From: Macrostomum hystrix
Taxonomy: Eukaryota; Animalia; Platyhelminthes
DNA: 64,000 bases
Reading direction: 5' to 3'
Assembly (NCBI GenBank): GCA_950097015.1
Contig: CATNEN010000003.1
Location: forward strand, 3,720,001-3,784,000
The notes below the pieces were generated by a model that searched no databases, was not told the DNA's origin, and saw only the letters and a list, made by a program, of their open reading frames with translations. The translations under genes were made by a program, and so were the position numbers. Every line of letters starts with the position of its first letter. Within the stretch, counting starts at the first letter, position 1. Below, in pieces: positions 11,959 through 26,097 of the stretch.

Positions 11959-14900
11959 TCAAACCATCGGCGATGGAGCAGCAGAGGCAGCAGCGGGCCG
12001 CGGTTGTCCGCCGCCTCCGCCGATGATCTTCTTGGGAATCTTGGCTCCACCGCCGCCGAGTCGACCAGCCGGATTGGCATTCTTATTCTTAATGACCATC
12101 TCCTTGATGCGATCAACCTCAGCCTGGTAGCGCTTCCTATCCCGCATGGCGCTCTCCTTGGCCTCTTTAAGCGCGGACTCTAGATCTTTGACGCGCTGAG
12201 CGGTGGCTTTCAATCGTTTCTCCATCTTGGGCACCTCGCAGCGCAGGTCGGCATTGTCCCTAACTAGCTGCTTGTGAACATTAGTCAGTGAGTCCAGATT
12301 CTTCTCCAGGAATAGAATCTTCTGCTTCTGGGCTAGCGAGCCAGATGGTTCCTCGTCTTTCTCGTCCAGCTCACCGCTCTTCTTAATGCGCTGCTGCAGA
12401 TCCTGCAGATTTAGCCATCGGAAATCCACTCGAATGTTATTATTATTGAGGGACAATGTGGCAGTTGAGGGACAATGTGGCAGTTGAGGGACAATGTGGC
12501 AGTTGAGGGACAATGTGGCAGTTGAGGGACAATGTGGCAGTTGAGGGACAATGTGGCAGTTGAGGGACAATGTGGCAGTTGAGGGACAATGTGGCAGTTG
12601 ACGGACAATGTGGCAGTTGACGGACAATGTGGCAGTTGAGGGACAATGTGGCAGTTGAGGGACAATGCGGCAGTTGAGGGACAATGTGGCAGTTGAGGGA
12701 CAATGTGGCAGTTGACGGACAATGTGGCAGTTGAGGGACAATGTGGCAGTTGAGGGACAATGTGACAGTTGACGGACAATGTGGCAGTTGAGGGACAATG
12801 TGGCAGTTGACGGACAATGTGGCAGTTGACGGACAATGTGGCAGTTGACGGACAATGTGGCAGTTGAGGGACAATGTGGCAGTTGAGGGACAATGTGGCA
12901 GTTGAGGGACAATGTGGCAGTTGAGGGACAATGTGGCAGTTGAGGGACAATGTGGCAGTTGAGGGACAATGTGGCAGTTGACGGACAATGTGGCAGTTGA
13001 GGGACAATGTGGCAGTTGACGGACAATGTGGCAGTTGACGGACAATGTGGCAGTTGACGGACAATGTGGCAGTTGACGGACAATGTGGCAGTTGAGGGAC
13101 AATGTGGCAGTTGAGGGACAATGTGGCAGTTGAGGGACAATGTGGCAGTTGAGGGACATAAAGGGCCAAACCCCAAAGGCTCAGTGAAATTGCACACTGC
13201 CTGACAATGAGGATGACGAAGTCAAGGCAGATGTACACACGGAATGGGAAGAATTGGCTCTTCTAATTAGCTGTTGCCCTTCTACAAATATCATATTTTA
13301 TTTATTTATCATTTATCAACAATTAGGCAGTTGAGAAATGTGTCAGATACATTAGTCTAATACGGCATTTTTTTAAATAAAATGCTGACTTTTAATAAAT
13401 TTTTTTCGGCTGACATAATAATAATAATTGCAGGAGGGCTGCGGGCAATGGCACATCATTTGGTGACACTAGACCCGCAGCCAGCGAGGAGGCAATTCTG
13501 CCCATTTAGCTGACTCCTGAGCACACACGCACACAGATACCGTACGCAGGCATACGCTCACACAGGTTTGTACATCTGCACTGACTTTCTCATCGTCAGG
13601 CAGTGTACATTTCACTGTGCCTTGGAGGTGGGCCCTCAAGGGCATAAATTGCACGACAAGCCCCCAAGCCTTCTCTCCGTTGCTGCGCCACAAATAAATG
13701 TGGCCTCGCCGTGGAATCGAACTTAGGGCTCGTGGTGCGAGAGGCGACCGCGATAACCGCTCTGCCACCGACCGCCTTGGCAGTTTTAAATTTTTTATTA
13801 AAAATAATAATAATACTTCCATCCGAAACCCACCTGAACAAAGAGTTTACGCAGCTGGTGCAGTGTTCTCAGCTCTTTGAGCACAGTGTCCTCCAGGCCC
13901 TGCAGATCCTGTCTAGCCTGTTCGTGACGCTCCGCTTTGCGCTCGAGTACGCTAATTCTAGCGGTGAGATCCTCGGCCCGCTTCTCAGCCTCGGCTTTGC
14001 TCTCAGAGATCTGGGTATTCAGGTAGGTGAGGTGGGTGTTCTCCTCTTTCAGCTCCTCCAATCGGCGCTGTCGTTCGTGTAAGTCGTCGCGCAGTTTGTG
14101 AATCTCGTCAGTTAGCTGGGAGCTCTGCGATTTAACAATGGTCTCAAGCATCTTGTCCATCTTGGTTTTGAGCTCCTCGGAGTTGGCGGCGGACACTCCG
14201 CGCTCCTCAAGCATCTGGGCCAGCATCTTGTCCTTAGTGCGCAGCTCCGATAGCTCGGCATTGACCTTATCAAGCTGGGTCTCCTGCTGATTTCGTTCCT
14301 GCTCAATCTCGCCAATGCGAGCTGTGAGCGTCTCAACTCGAGTCTCAGCCTCTTTCAGTTTAAGCTTGGCCTCGCCTAGATCAGCCTCGGCCTTCTTAAC
14401 CCGGCCGCTATCGTTGGTCCGCTCGTTCTGAAGATGTTCAACGTGCGAGCGCAGGCTAACAGCTTCGGACTTCATCTTGGAGATGTTCAATCGCAGCACG
14501 GTGAATTCCTCTTCAATCTTATCCGCGCCGCAGAATGACGGGGATACAATGCCGAGCGAATCAGCTAGCTCGGCCAGCTCCTTCAGCAGCGAGTTCATCA
14601 TTTCGACTTGCTTCTTCTTGCCCGTGGTAACTGTGTCCCGCAGTTCCTGCAGTTGGCCCTCTTTGACACTGTCCGCGGCGCGCTGTCGCTGCATCTCTTC
14701 GAGGAGAGTTTCATTCTCGTGCATCTAGAAAAAATATCGTTAATAGTTACTATCATTAAAAAGTATCGATAGTAACAGACGTTACTTTTATCACACAAAA
14801 TTGTTTACCTTCTCAGTGAGCTCATTGTTCTTCTGATCGTAGCTCATCGCCAACTCCTCTAGGGCCTGCAGCACCTCCTTGACTTCGGCTTTGGAAGCTT

Positions 14901-17900
14901 CGTTTTCGCCTTGAATTCGCGTCAAATCGTTGAACATGGCGTCGTTTTCAGCTTTGAATTTCTTGCTCAACTCATCCTGCTGTTTGAGCTGATTCTCCAG
15001 CTTGCCAATAGCCTGCTGCAGTTTGTTAATCTCTTCGTCCTTCAGGTCCAGCTCAGCGTAGAGCTCTTCTACTTTGTTGGGATCATCGGTGGCGCTAGGC
15101 CTGGCCAGGATAGAGCTGGGCTGCATGATGGGGGCCGGCACAGCGCCTGGACCTGCGGCCGGCGTGCCAACAGCCGAGTCTGGAGCCTCAACATCGGCGT
15201 CCGTCACCTGCGATGATTTGGATAGGTCGAGATATTCAGCGACTGTTGTCGAAGACCCTGGTGATAAGGACGACTAACATTGCTCTGCTAAAAAACAAAA
15301 TTGTCTATTGGATCCCGACGAGAATCGTTTAATATCTTGGCGATGTTGATATTATTCTAGAATTTGTATAATCAAATTGTAAAGAAAAAATTGCCCGTGT
15401 TCTGAATTTTGCTTGGTGATTGGTTTAATATTTTTAAATATTAAAACTGATGCATTACAGAGTTAAGTATCGTGCTATAAAGGATACAAATCATTTCAGT
15501 GGGGTCAAGAATTCGTGAGTCCGAGTTTTTAAGATACACTAAATAAAAGAATAACTGGGATTAATGAAATAACTAGGAACAACTGTACACTAACCTGCTC
15601 ATGCGCCTCCACCCGCTCGCCCTGTCGCCAGCGAACTAGTTCGGCGCGCAGAGCGGCCACAATGCCCAATAGTCGGTCATTCTTGGCCTTCTCAATCTCG
15701 TAGCGCCTCTGCCATTCCTCGGCTGTGAGTTGAATCTGTTGAGCCACCGAGTTCTTGATAGTCTTGGCCCGGACGCCGAACATCAGAGTAGACTTAGTCT
15801 CGGAAGCATTGTAGGACGCTGGAGAGCAGCAGATTAGCATAGTAGTCTTGGCGTTGCCACCCAGCGACTCTTGCAGAATGCGAGTCAGCTTGGAGTCACG
15901 ATATGGCACGTAGGCATTGTTCTCAACCAGGGCGTTGATGACATTGCCCAGAGTAGATAGAGATTTGTTAATCATCTTGGCCTCGTCTAGGGTGACACCT
16001 TCGGCGCCAGTCTTTGACACCTTCTCGGAGCCGGCCAAGTCGACCAGGTGGAGCTTGCCGAATAGAGTCTGTTGATCCTCAGTGTTGGTGCGCTTGATTT
16101 TGATCATGAATACTCGGTGACTGCGAGAGCTGACAGCGTTCATGTCTGCATTGAGCCAATAGGAGATAGGGTAACTGCCGTTATCATGCGTTTAGCATTG
16201 ACTTAATCATAATGGGATCATAGTCTGTTTGATTTGAGGATAATGGAATAAATGAGGATCTATTCGACTATTTTGGGATAACAATATTTCGAAATGATGG
16301 AATGACAACAGTTTGATTTGAGGATAATGGGATAAATGAGGATCTATTCGACTATTTTTGGGATAACAATATTTCGAAATGATGGAATGACAACAGTTTG
16401 ATTTGAGGATAATGGGATAAATGAGGATCTATTAGACTATTTTTGGGATAACAATAGATTGATTTCGACATGATGGAATAAAAACTGTTTGATTTGAGGA
16501 TGATGGGATAAATGAATGATAGAGGACTTTGGGACAACGAAAGATTGATTCCAGTAGGATGGAATGACAATTGTTTGATTTGAGGATAATCGGAAAACAG
16601 TCTACTTATTTGTAGATATTGGGATAACAGTCGATTTACGTGGGGATAATTTTGGGGATAAAATAATAATTCGATTGATTTGGGGATAATCTGATAAAAG
16701 CTGTTTGATTGGAGGATTATGGGAAAAAAATCTTGTTGATTTTGGGTATTTGGATGTACTAACCAATTGGTTTTTGGTATGATAATATGAGACAAAATGA
16801 TTAGTAATAAGAGAATTTCAGACGATGAAGTTAAGCTAAAAAGCATCGAATAAATAGTTTGAATTGAATTTGGAATGTATGCCAAATAACTAAAAGACAT
16901 CCACACACAAAGTTTGGGTCATTATGATGCCTCTAGCGATTTGGTAGTGATAATTTAGCACAGGTACTACACCGATGGCGACATTTTTTTCAATTAAGCA
17001 GTCACCATGGCTCTAGGATGTGCTTTGTTGTGTTTGCGGCTTCAGAAACTATAAATAACTCACTCGTAGCTGTCACGTGACAGTTCATGCGACCCTTCTG
17101 GATGGTCTGGAAGATTTCGTCCGGATTCCACACTTGCACTTCGGTGACGCCCTGTCATTTGAAGAAGTTTTAAGAGGGTTCATATAATGTTTATAGGGTA
17201 TAAAGACAACAAAATAAAGGAATAAAAAAAAGAACAACAGGAAGAGCAGCAAGAGGGGGCTAAAAATTGCTAGTCCGATATACTAAATACGCCATAATCC
17301 AAAATCTAAGTACTATTATTAACAGTACTTAGAACTACCAAGGGTCCCAACTGATTTTTGTCCTGCACCCGAAAGAAACAACGCAAGCACATTAAACTCA
17401 AGAATACAGGCCAACTTTTTGTTGCGCATCTTCTGAAACAATAATCAAGTCACTAGCTTGTCAGACCGTCGATATTTTCAATGTTTCTGGCCGAATGTCA
17501 GATTTTTCCCATAAGTGTTACTGTTAGTATATTTCATACACCCCAATACACGAATTAGCACTGCGCCTCAGTGTGGCCTTGCCAGACCTTCAAACTTTAT
17601 CAACATGTCACCCGAATGTGCCTGCATCATCTCCGACTTCGGTGACCAACCTTTATCTACCTTTTTTAGAACATTTTTAAGCTTTTATCTTAAGCTTTTT
17701 TAAGGACAGCGCAATGCATAATTGGGATTCAAATACTATAAATATTCAACCACAGTGAAATCAAATTCAAAGTGAGTTCTTACCTTAATATAGGGTACTC
17801 GCTTCTCTGTCTCGTGAATTGGTAGATTAGTATTAGAACTATTTAGCAGATCTTGAATCTTTTCCATGTAGAGCTCCACATAAGAGACTTCGATTTCGAA

Positions 17901-20900
17901 TTCAAAACGCGAGTCTAGACCATAGATGTAGCCGAAAATGTCTTGAATGATTCTGGGAATAATTCCCTGATTAACAGGATCGTCTAGGTCGCCCTCCATT
18001 GAGTGGGTCTTGCCAGACGATGTCTGGCCATAGGCGAAGATGGTCCCATTGTAGCCATTCATGACGTCGTCAACAATCGGCTTGGCAACAAAGTCGTACA
18101 CATCTGCCTGACTGTCGTGTGGCCCAAACACCCGATCAAAGGTGTAGTTCTTACCCTAATTTTGTTAGAAGCAATACGATTGAGATTAATTCCATATTAT
18201 TATTTAACTTATTAATTTAAACTCATAAGTTTTTAACCCCTCAGTTCTGGGGTATAATTCGGTGTCAAAACATGTAATCATTTTTAGTAAGACAATTAAT
18301 CATTTCTATCTCATTAACTTTTGTCTTGTTCTGACTAACATAAATTTAACTTGGAGTAATTTAGTTTAGTGTTTGATAGTTTAGCTATATGAGATTTTAG
18401 GCTATGTAGAACATCAGACATCATTCTTATTTTTAAAGAAGCTTTGGAGATATTATGTAATGAAATTTAGCTTTCTGATGAAGGAAAAAAGTTTCTAAGT
18501 AAACTTTTTTTAATAAATGTAGTGACATAAGATTTCAACTATTAAAATTATAGACTTTAATACTACAATTACCTTTGTTTTAGATTTAGTCACAATACTA
18601 TTATATCAGTGTATTATTATTCAATGTATTGATTAGAATAAAACAAAATTACAGACATTCTTTATAAACAAAATTCTAATTTAGTTTTTTCTAATGCAGT
18701 ATATACAATGTCTAAGCTATAAATTGGCTCTTTGGACAAAGAATAATAAAGCATTTATTCATTTTTAGATATTATTACTTGGTGTACCTTATGCTTTTTC
18801 ATGCCTTGTTATATGATACAAAGAAGTTGTGAGCAGTAGACAAAAAATATAAAATTATCTTAAATGTTTAAGATATAGAATTATGTCAAATAAACATATA
18901 GACTGCTAAGTCATTTTTAAAGCTATAATTAGGAAATAAAATTTTGCTTAAACTACTCCAGTAGAGAAGTGGTTTGAGCATACATGGGGTTCATATTAGA
19001 CATAGTAGTATTGGCATTGTAAAGCCAGGGAGATTGTAGCCAATTAGAATATAAGCCTTTCCTGGGAATCAAGACTTTTGGGGTGAAACCCCTTCTCACA
19101 AATCCACAACATGCATTTATATGTGGCAGTAAAATCTTAATGGCTCGACTCCCCAATGCCACAGCAGACAGCAGGGAATTGAGTTTCCATTGTAGGCAGT
19201 CTAAATAAGTGCCTTTGTTATTAATCATCTAGCATCTTATCTAACATTACAACACTAATAGTTAACAGACTGTTGAAAACCCTACCACACAATTTGCATG
19301 TGGGATTGAAATTCTGAAGGGCTTAAGTTTTGAATACCAAGGAATTAAGAGTTCCTATTTTGGGCTATCTATAGTTGTCTTCACATTTCCTGTTTGACAT
19401 TTGCCAATATGGGGATCTCAAGACCTAATCAAGTCTAATTTGTCTAATCAAGACCATCCACATATTACAAAAAACAAACAGACAAGCATTATTGTATACA
19501 TGCACACCCAACACCCATCCAAACAGGGTGAAATAGTTCCTAGCCAATAAAATATAAAACTAAATGAAAAATGAAAATGAAAAACAAAAGATAGGGATAG
19601 GAGAAACTAAGTTGTAATTGGGAGGAACTAAGTTGTAATTGGGAGGACCAAACAACAATTTGGTAATGGATATTATGGTAATAAGACAAGGACAGGGACA
19701 TTTAGGTTATACTCTGTAAATATAGGTAAATTTTTTCATTGTATATTGTATATTGTATATTGTATATTGTAAAATTTTTTAATATTGCAAACCTGTTGAT
19801 CTTTAGCTAAGCTTTAGCTGAACACAAAATGTAGTGTTACATTTTACATAAAAAGCAACCATGATTGGGGTATGTGAGGGACTATTTATCAATAACTATT
19901 AATGTAACCCAAATGTCTCAGAATCTTAACAAAATGTACTGATAATCTATATATATAAAAGTGAAAACTCTGTCTGTCTGTCTGTCTGTGTGCAACCATT
20001 TTGTCTTTATAGACGCCGAAACCGCTCAACCAAATCGCACCAAACTTTGCACATACCTAAAACCACCTACGCTGAGTGCAATAGGCTACTCAAATTCCCG
20101 AAAAATCATTTCCTTCCTGCTCAAAAGTGCAAAAAACTGCTCAAAAATCGTCAAAAAATCACTCAATTCGACATATTGTCGCCCCACTTTGTCAGATTTT
20201 CTCCAAATTTGATCCACTTACACTTTACATGTTTTCCAACAATGCTGTTAATTTTGAACATCTCTACTCAATCCAGAGCAAAGCTGCATCATCTCAAAGT
20301 GAGTCACTTTTTGTTTTCCGAGGACAGCCACCCCAACTCCCCTCCGCCACTCTGCGGGCCAAATTTTATTACAGCCACCCCCTCCCTTCCCCGGGCGCCG
20401 AAGCCCCAGACTGTACATTGTATTTCAAGCCGTGAATGTACACAGCCCAAACCCCTAGACTGTCTACTGGCCCCCAAGCAGCACTGAGACTGAGTGCGGT
20501 GAGTGCGGTGGCATCCCAGTGCGCAGGGCTCTCCGGTCGATATTTCTCTCCAGCCAGCCTGGGATAGAAGAGTGAGGCTGGCGTTGACTGGCTGTCAGAG
20601 AGGGCAATTCTGTGTCCTAGAAATGATGCCGCCAATGAAATTAACTACCAACTGCTTCAGGAGTTGCCAGGTGCAGTTTTCACCTACAAGTCAATTGATA
20701 CAACGTTGACTGATGACACCGCTGTGGAGTATCTGTGTTGAGTTTCTGAACTCTCTAGATCCTCCTGGAACTCCATCGCACAACTTGCAGCTGAAAGTTG
20801 GGGCACCAATTATGCTCCTCCGCAACCTGAATGCGCCAAGGCTGTGTAACGGCACCAGACTGATAGTCAGGCGGCTCTTCCCACATGTGATTGAGGCCAC

Positions 20901-23668
20901 GATACTGACTGGATCTGGCAGAGGAGAGTCTGTGTTCGTTCCCCGGATTCCAATTATCCCCACAGACCTGCCATTTCAGTTCAAGCGACTGCAGTTCCCT
21001 GTGAGAGTGTGCTTTGCGATGACTATTAACAAGGCTCAGGGACAGTCGCTGAAGGTGGCTGGCATCACCCTGGAGACTCCTTGCTTCTCGCATGGGCAGC
21101 TTTATGTCGCCTGCTCCCATGTTGGAACTCCAGCTGGCCTATTCATTTTCGCACCAAGGGGAAGAACGAAGAATGTGGTGTATCCCCAGGCCTTGAGGTG
21201 ACTCGCAAGCAATTAATAGAAAAGTAGTCACGAATTGACCTTGACCTGTCTAACTCTGAACTCTGAAACAGTTTAATTTTGTTTCTTTGACATTGTTATT
21301 GTTATGCCATGGCTATTTTCCTTATGTGTACGCGTGTACATGCATACTGTACACAGAGGCAGATTTAGGGGGGGGCGGGGGGCAGTCACCCCCCCCCCAA
21401 AATTTTAATCATGGGAATAAGATGCCCCCACCAGGGGCGCCAGTCGCAGCACTGGCTCCCATTTTTCAGCCACTGGCGCCCTGCCCTTTCTTGGCTCCTG
21501 GCGCCCTTTTACGGCCGCTGGCACCCCCTCTGTGATTCTCATGGCGCTCCCCTGACAGACTGCCCCAAAACAAAATTCCTGGATCTGCCACTGACTGTAT
21601 AGAGAAGTGGCTAATAGACATGTTTCTAAAGAAGTAATCAAGAGGGGGCTGTTTGGACAAACTTTTCACTTATTTTTTACTTAATACGCCCTTAAACAAA
21701 CTCTTCACTTTTCATTAATGCAGTAAATAAATAAATGGTGACCTTCACTATAAAGTTAATACAGAGACGTGAATTGCTTACTGCTTTGCTTTAAATTTCT
21801 GCCCCAAAAACAAAGGGCAAAAAAAGCTATTACCTATATGTACCTATCTTGTTACCAGAATATATATTACCCAATTTTCTTGCCCCAATTGAGAAGAACT
21901 AATTTGCAGTCAGGAGGAACTAAGTCCCAATTAGTAAGAACTTAGTTGCAATTGGGAGGAACTAAGTCACAAAACTTGACAAAAGTAGGTTTCACCAAAC
22001 AGGAAAAACTTTGAGGTGGGCATTTATGGTTAGGGTTATGTATCATCAACTGAACAGTGTATCTTCAAAACTGAACAAGAATTTTGACTCTTTCTTTGGT
22101 CTTGTGCGAGACAGAAACAAGCTATTGTGTTTCACAGAACAACTAATTTGAAAGTCAAAGAAATTACCTACAAGCTGAGGCATGACATGCAATGAAGCAT
22201 TAAGAGGAAAGAAAGATATTGATGTTTCAGTAAAATTATTTATCTCAAAAGCATAATTTTTAACAACATTTTTCAGTATGTACTTTAGACTAAGATTGTA
22301 TATGGTTGCTTTCCAATTAAATGACCATAAATGTAGTTATTTATAGAGCATGAAAAATGCTTTCAAATGACATAATTTATGATAGTTCACTCCTTAAAAT
22401 AAGATTAAACCACTCACTCAAATTGTAAAACCGAACATCAAATTCTCTGTTTGGTTTGAAGATACATGAAAATCATTGTTCCGTTTTAGATAAAAAACAC
22501 AAATAACTTTTTTTCTATTTGACAAGAAAGCAAAAGCAGATACTTTTTAGAAAGATATAACTGTTTTCTATAACTTGGCTTTTGATTTATCATGATATCT
22601 TAAATAGAAAATTTGTAGCTTAGGTTTGAAGTTAAAAAAATACACATTCTTGTTTGGTTAATGATACATTACCCTATATAGCACATAGGGCAGAGCCAAA
22701 ATATCCAGACAGGTTTAGTCACTTTCCTAAATATGGCATGTATGACAAGAGTTAAGGCTTTCTAGAAGCCTTATACATTAAAATTACTAGTTTTTGTAAG
22801 GTTGCTTTGGGTCTAAGAAGAACAGACAAATGGAGAGTTAGTTAGCTAACATGTTATAGACCACCAAAATGTATACAAAAGTGATCATAAACTTAGGTAA
22901 ATAAAACTAATATTATGCCCAAAATGTTTTCCTTTTTATCTAAACTTAGTAAGAAATTCTCTACTAGAGAACAAAAAAGGTTAGGCCTATAATTAACTCA
23001 ATTAAGAAAAATTATTAGTATGTTGATCAATACATTTATTTATTGGTAATAAAGCAAGCTAGGCCTACCTTAGGTACCCAAGAAAACTTGTGTTCTTTCT
23101 AGCTTCACTGAAAAAATTGATACTAAAATGTGTAAAATTTATATAAGAAACCATATAGAAATGTATTCAATAAGTCATACAGAAAACTATAAAAAAGCAT
23201 GCAACATTTTTTTGCTGAAACCTATGACTATGTGAGAAAGTTTGCAGAAAAATGGAGGGATAAGTAAAATGGCTAAAATTTCCTTTATCAAAAAATCAAT
23301 AGGGCAAGGGAAATGATAATATATAGCTGATGTTTTCAAATACAATGACTCACTTTATGTATTAATTAAATGGAGACATGATTTGATAGCTGTGTTAAAA
23401 TGACAAATTTCATTAAATTTTTAATTCACTTAATATTAACAATGTTTATACAAATAGAGATAGAATTTAAAAGTCAATTGAAGAGAAAGTTTGAAAACAA
23501 TACGGCTGTTAACATAGCGAGTAGGTAAGGAGAATTACTTACCTGAATATTGACTGTTGTTTCATTTACCAGAGAGAGGCAAAACTGACTTTGGAGTGCT
23601 AATTCATTATTTAAAAGAGGGCGAATGCGACACACAACTTTGATATTCTCAGCTTTTGCTTCCACCAT
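11959..23668 (-). CDS. Khc: kinesin-1 heavy chain (~955 aa, 7 coding exons)
   Basis: Exons 23668-23543, 18155-17784, 17151-17064, 16145-15595, 15207(or 15273)-14809, 14724-13834, 12402-11959; all GT-AG and phase-consistent. Motifs: [11 protein letters not shown]-loop [52 protein letters not shown], and the kinesin-1 tail [31 protein letters not shown]. Confidence 0.95.
12446..13158. repeat. 19-bp minisatellite (GTTGAGGGACAATGTGGCA)n
   Basis: About 37 nearly identical units in the last Khc intron. Confidence 0.97.
13160..13258 (+). mobile_element. SINE family 2 internal fragment
   Basis: AGGGCCAAAC...CAGTGAAATTGCACACTGCCTGAC...GGCAGATGTACACAC matches the central part of family 2. Confidence 0.65.
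13416..13776 (-). mobile_element. SINE family 2, full length
   Basis: Reverse complement of the 43207-43582 copy, with A box, B box (AAGTTCGATTCC) and an (ATT)n tail at 13416-13429. Confidence 0.9.
16222..16790. repeat. degenerating ~85-bp tandem repeat
   Basis: GTTTGATTTGAGGATAATGGGATAAATGAGGATCTATTCGACTATTTTGGGATAACAAT... recurs about 3 times nearly intact, then decays; Khc intron. Confidence 0.8.
20583..21201 (+). pseudogene. Helitron RepHel PIF1-helicase C-terminal fragment (frameshifted)
   Basis: [13 protein letters not shown]...LCNGTRL...[24 protein letters not shown]...FSHGQLYVA. Indel near 20733 relative to copy 2; no Rep domain. Confidence 0.9.
21354..21593. mobile_element. hAT-type MITE nested in Helitron copy 1
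   Basis: TIRs CAGAGGCAGATTTAGG / CCTGGATCTGCCACTG; 8-bp TSD ACTGTACA / ACTGTATA (one mismatch). Confidence 0.85.
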
Positions 23669-26097
23669 ATTTGTCTTGAACTGAACACAGGTTAAAATGA
23701 ATGTATTCAATGCCTGCAAAGTAGGATAGTTAAATAATTACTTTTTACGACGATTATGTAGTTTAGCAGGTCAAGGTAGTATACTTCAAAAAATAAACAA
23801 TCATTTAAATATTTTGCAGTAAGTTCTTTTTTGATACGAAAACAAGTTTTTAAACCAAAGAAGTGTAACAATGCGTTTTGTATTTAATACGAATAACGTT
23901 TGGTGGCAAATAATAATAAAAAGTTGCTTAACTGCTTAAGACACATTTACAATAATTTAAATTGCTTTCTGGTTGATTTTAAATACCTTTTATCATAGGA
24001 ACAAAATTTATATAAACTAAATCCCACTAAGTCCTATTAGTACTACATAACTAATGTATACCTTGTGAATCATGAAAGTAAGCTGAGTAGTCCACTTATT
24101 TTTTAGGTCATTTTGTCACGTATCACGACCAGGAACAATTTTTATACGGCGATACCTTTTCCCACTAACTGCTTAGGCCTACCTACATTAAAACTTTGCA
24201 CGTCGCAAGCAACTTAAATATTTTTTCGGCACATAAACTGTCATTAGGCCTATTCGTTCTACTTATTGTAAAATATTTAACTACGAAACCTCACTAAAAT
24301 GGATAAAAAATAGGCCCCTACTATTAGCTAGGCTTTGGGCAGGCTAGTCTTTACCTTGTTACCTTGTAAAATGGACCCTAAGTGTAGTTCAGTTTTTTCT
24401 CAAATATAACTTTAACTAAACCTAATTGCGTAGGACGGTAGTGCCTAATGTTAAAAAGAGTTTCTAATTTTAACTTTTAATATAGAAATTAAATTCTAAT
24501 TGATTTTAGGCCTATAATGACAGTTTTTTTATTACTTCTTTTAAAAAGAATAAGCCTCCTGTTCTATCCCATCATGTTCTATCCCCTATTTTGGCCTTTT
24601 TGCCTATGTGACTTTAAAGTATAACTAACAATGAAACAAAGACAACCAACTGTTGTTGTTGCACTATCAACAGTGTATTAGACAAGTAGAGTAGATAGTA
24701 GATAGTAGATAGATAGATACCTTACAAGTAGATAGATAATCTTTTTTTTCAGGCGTGCAGCCAGCATGATCTGGACTATGGAGATATTGTAGATACTAAA
24801 GGACAAGTTGTTTCCCTGACCCTTAGCCATGATAGTCTTGGGATGTAATAGTCTTGGTCTTACGCTGATTTTAAGAGTAGAAAAGCCATAGCCAAACACT
24901 TTAATTTTTAATTAAGGTGACTTTAATTTTTACTATTCATACATGGCAACACCTGGTAGATCTGGCTGAATTAGCTGGGTGAAACTAGGGCCAGAAAAAG
25001 TAAGTCACAAAAATCAACAGGCAAAAACTCAAAGGTTGGACCAAGAGACCAAAAGAAAAAAGAAAAAAAAGAGAGAAAGACAAACAGAGAAAAAGATTAG
25101 ATATAAGAAGAAGAAAAGAGAAGGCAAGGATGTGAAATTTGGGCTAAAGAAACACAGTTGTAGATGAGTGAAAACTAAGTAACAGTTAAGGGAAAACTCC
25201 AGTTACCAATTTAAGAATCTTCTGTGCTCCTCAAAGGAAGGAAAAACTAACTCAAATTTAGTTTTCTCTTTTCTTGAACTTTGTTTGTTTCATAGGTTTA
25301 ATTACAACTTCATTTTGACAAAATTTATTATGACTTATTTTCATGTCTTAATCTTCTCAGATTTTCTTCTCTTCTACTCTTTGGTTTTCTCTCTCTATTC
25401 TACTTCTACTCTCTTTGGTTTTCTTCTCTTTTTTTCTCTCTATCTTCCTTTCTTCTCTAATAGCTAATTAACCAAATATTCTAAATATAATTTTGTATAA
25501 AATAAGGCCAATCACTTTAAGAAGAGAACCCTTAATTGTTTTGCTCTTATTATTTTACACTTGAAATCCAAAAAGCTATTGAACTGTTTATTTTATAACA
25601 TTAGGCCTAGGCAATGTTAAGAACAATAATCTTAGCTTATACCTTGCTGTGAGTATTAAGCATTTGAATTTAAAAGGTAAATTTTAGACTATTGTATATT
25701 AGTCTGTTTTGGCAAATAGTTTTCTCTGGTTCAATTAGTTTCAAATAGTTTGGCAGTCTGTTATCTCTAATAGTCGCTAGTGAAAAAAGCTTCTCTTAAT
25801 CCTTAATCCTTCCTACTAGACACTTCTCACAATCTGTATGAGTCAGTATTATCAATTTTTATGACCCTAAAAGGGCAGTTTTTACTATACTGTACCTGGT
25901 ACTGAATCTACTTGGCACCAGTGGTAATAACTTCGAAGGCCCACTTAAATTCCGCTTCCAGTGGGCACTCCTTGGTCATAGGGTCGCAGTCTTGATCAAT
26001 AAAAAACTGCTTTTTTTCTCTATCTTAATTTGATCTAGTTTTTTTGATACTTTAGTTGATATCACTTACAGGTAAATTAGGCCGGCTAGCTGCTCAA

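Larger units (their letters stand above)
19946..21830 (+). mobile_element. non-autonomous Helitron, copy 1 (in Khc intron 1)
   Basis: 5' A|TCTATATATATAAAAG; 3' hairpin TGCCC..GGGCA then CTAT|T (CTAG in copy 2); no TSD; carries a PIF1 helicase fragment; near-identical to 34434-36518. Confidence 0.9.

Noticed and set aside
12411-13238. Long Cys/His-rich ORFs in three frames
   Set aside because: Stop-free 19-bp repeat; only 12402-11959 is real kinesin exon.
18953-19228. 91-aa ORF in Khc intron 1 as a nested gene or transposase
   Set aside because: No recognisable motif, splice structure or TE termini.
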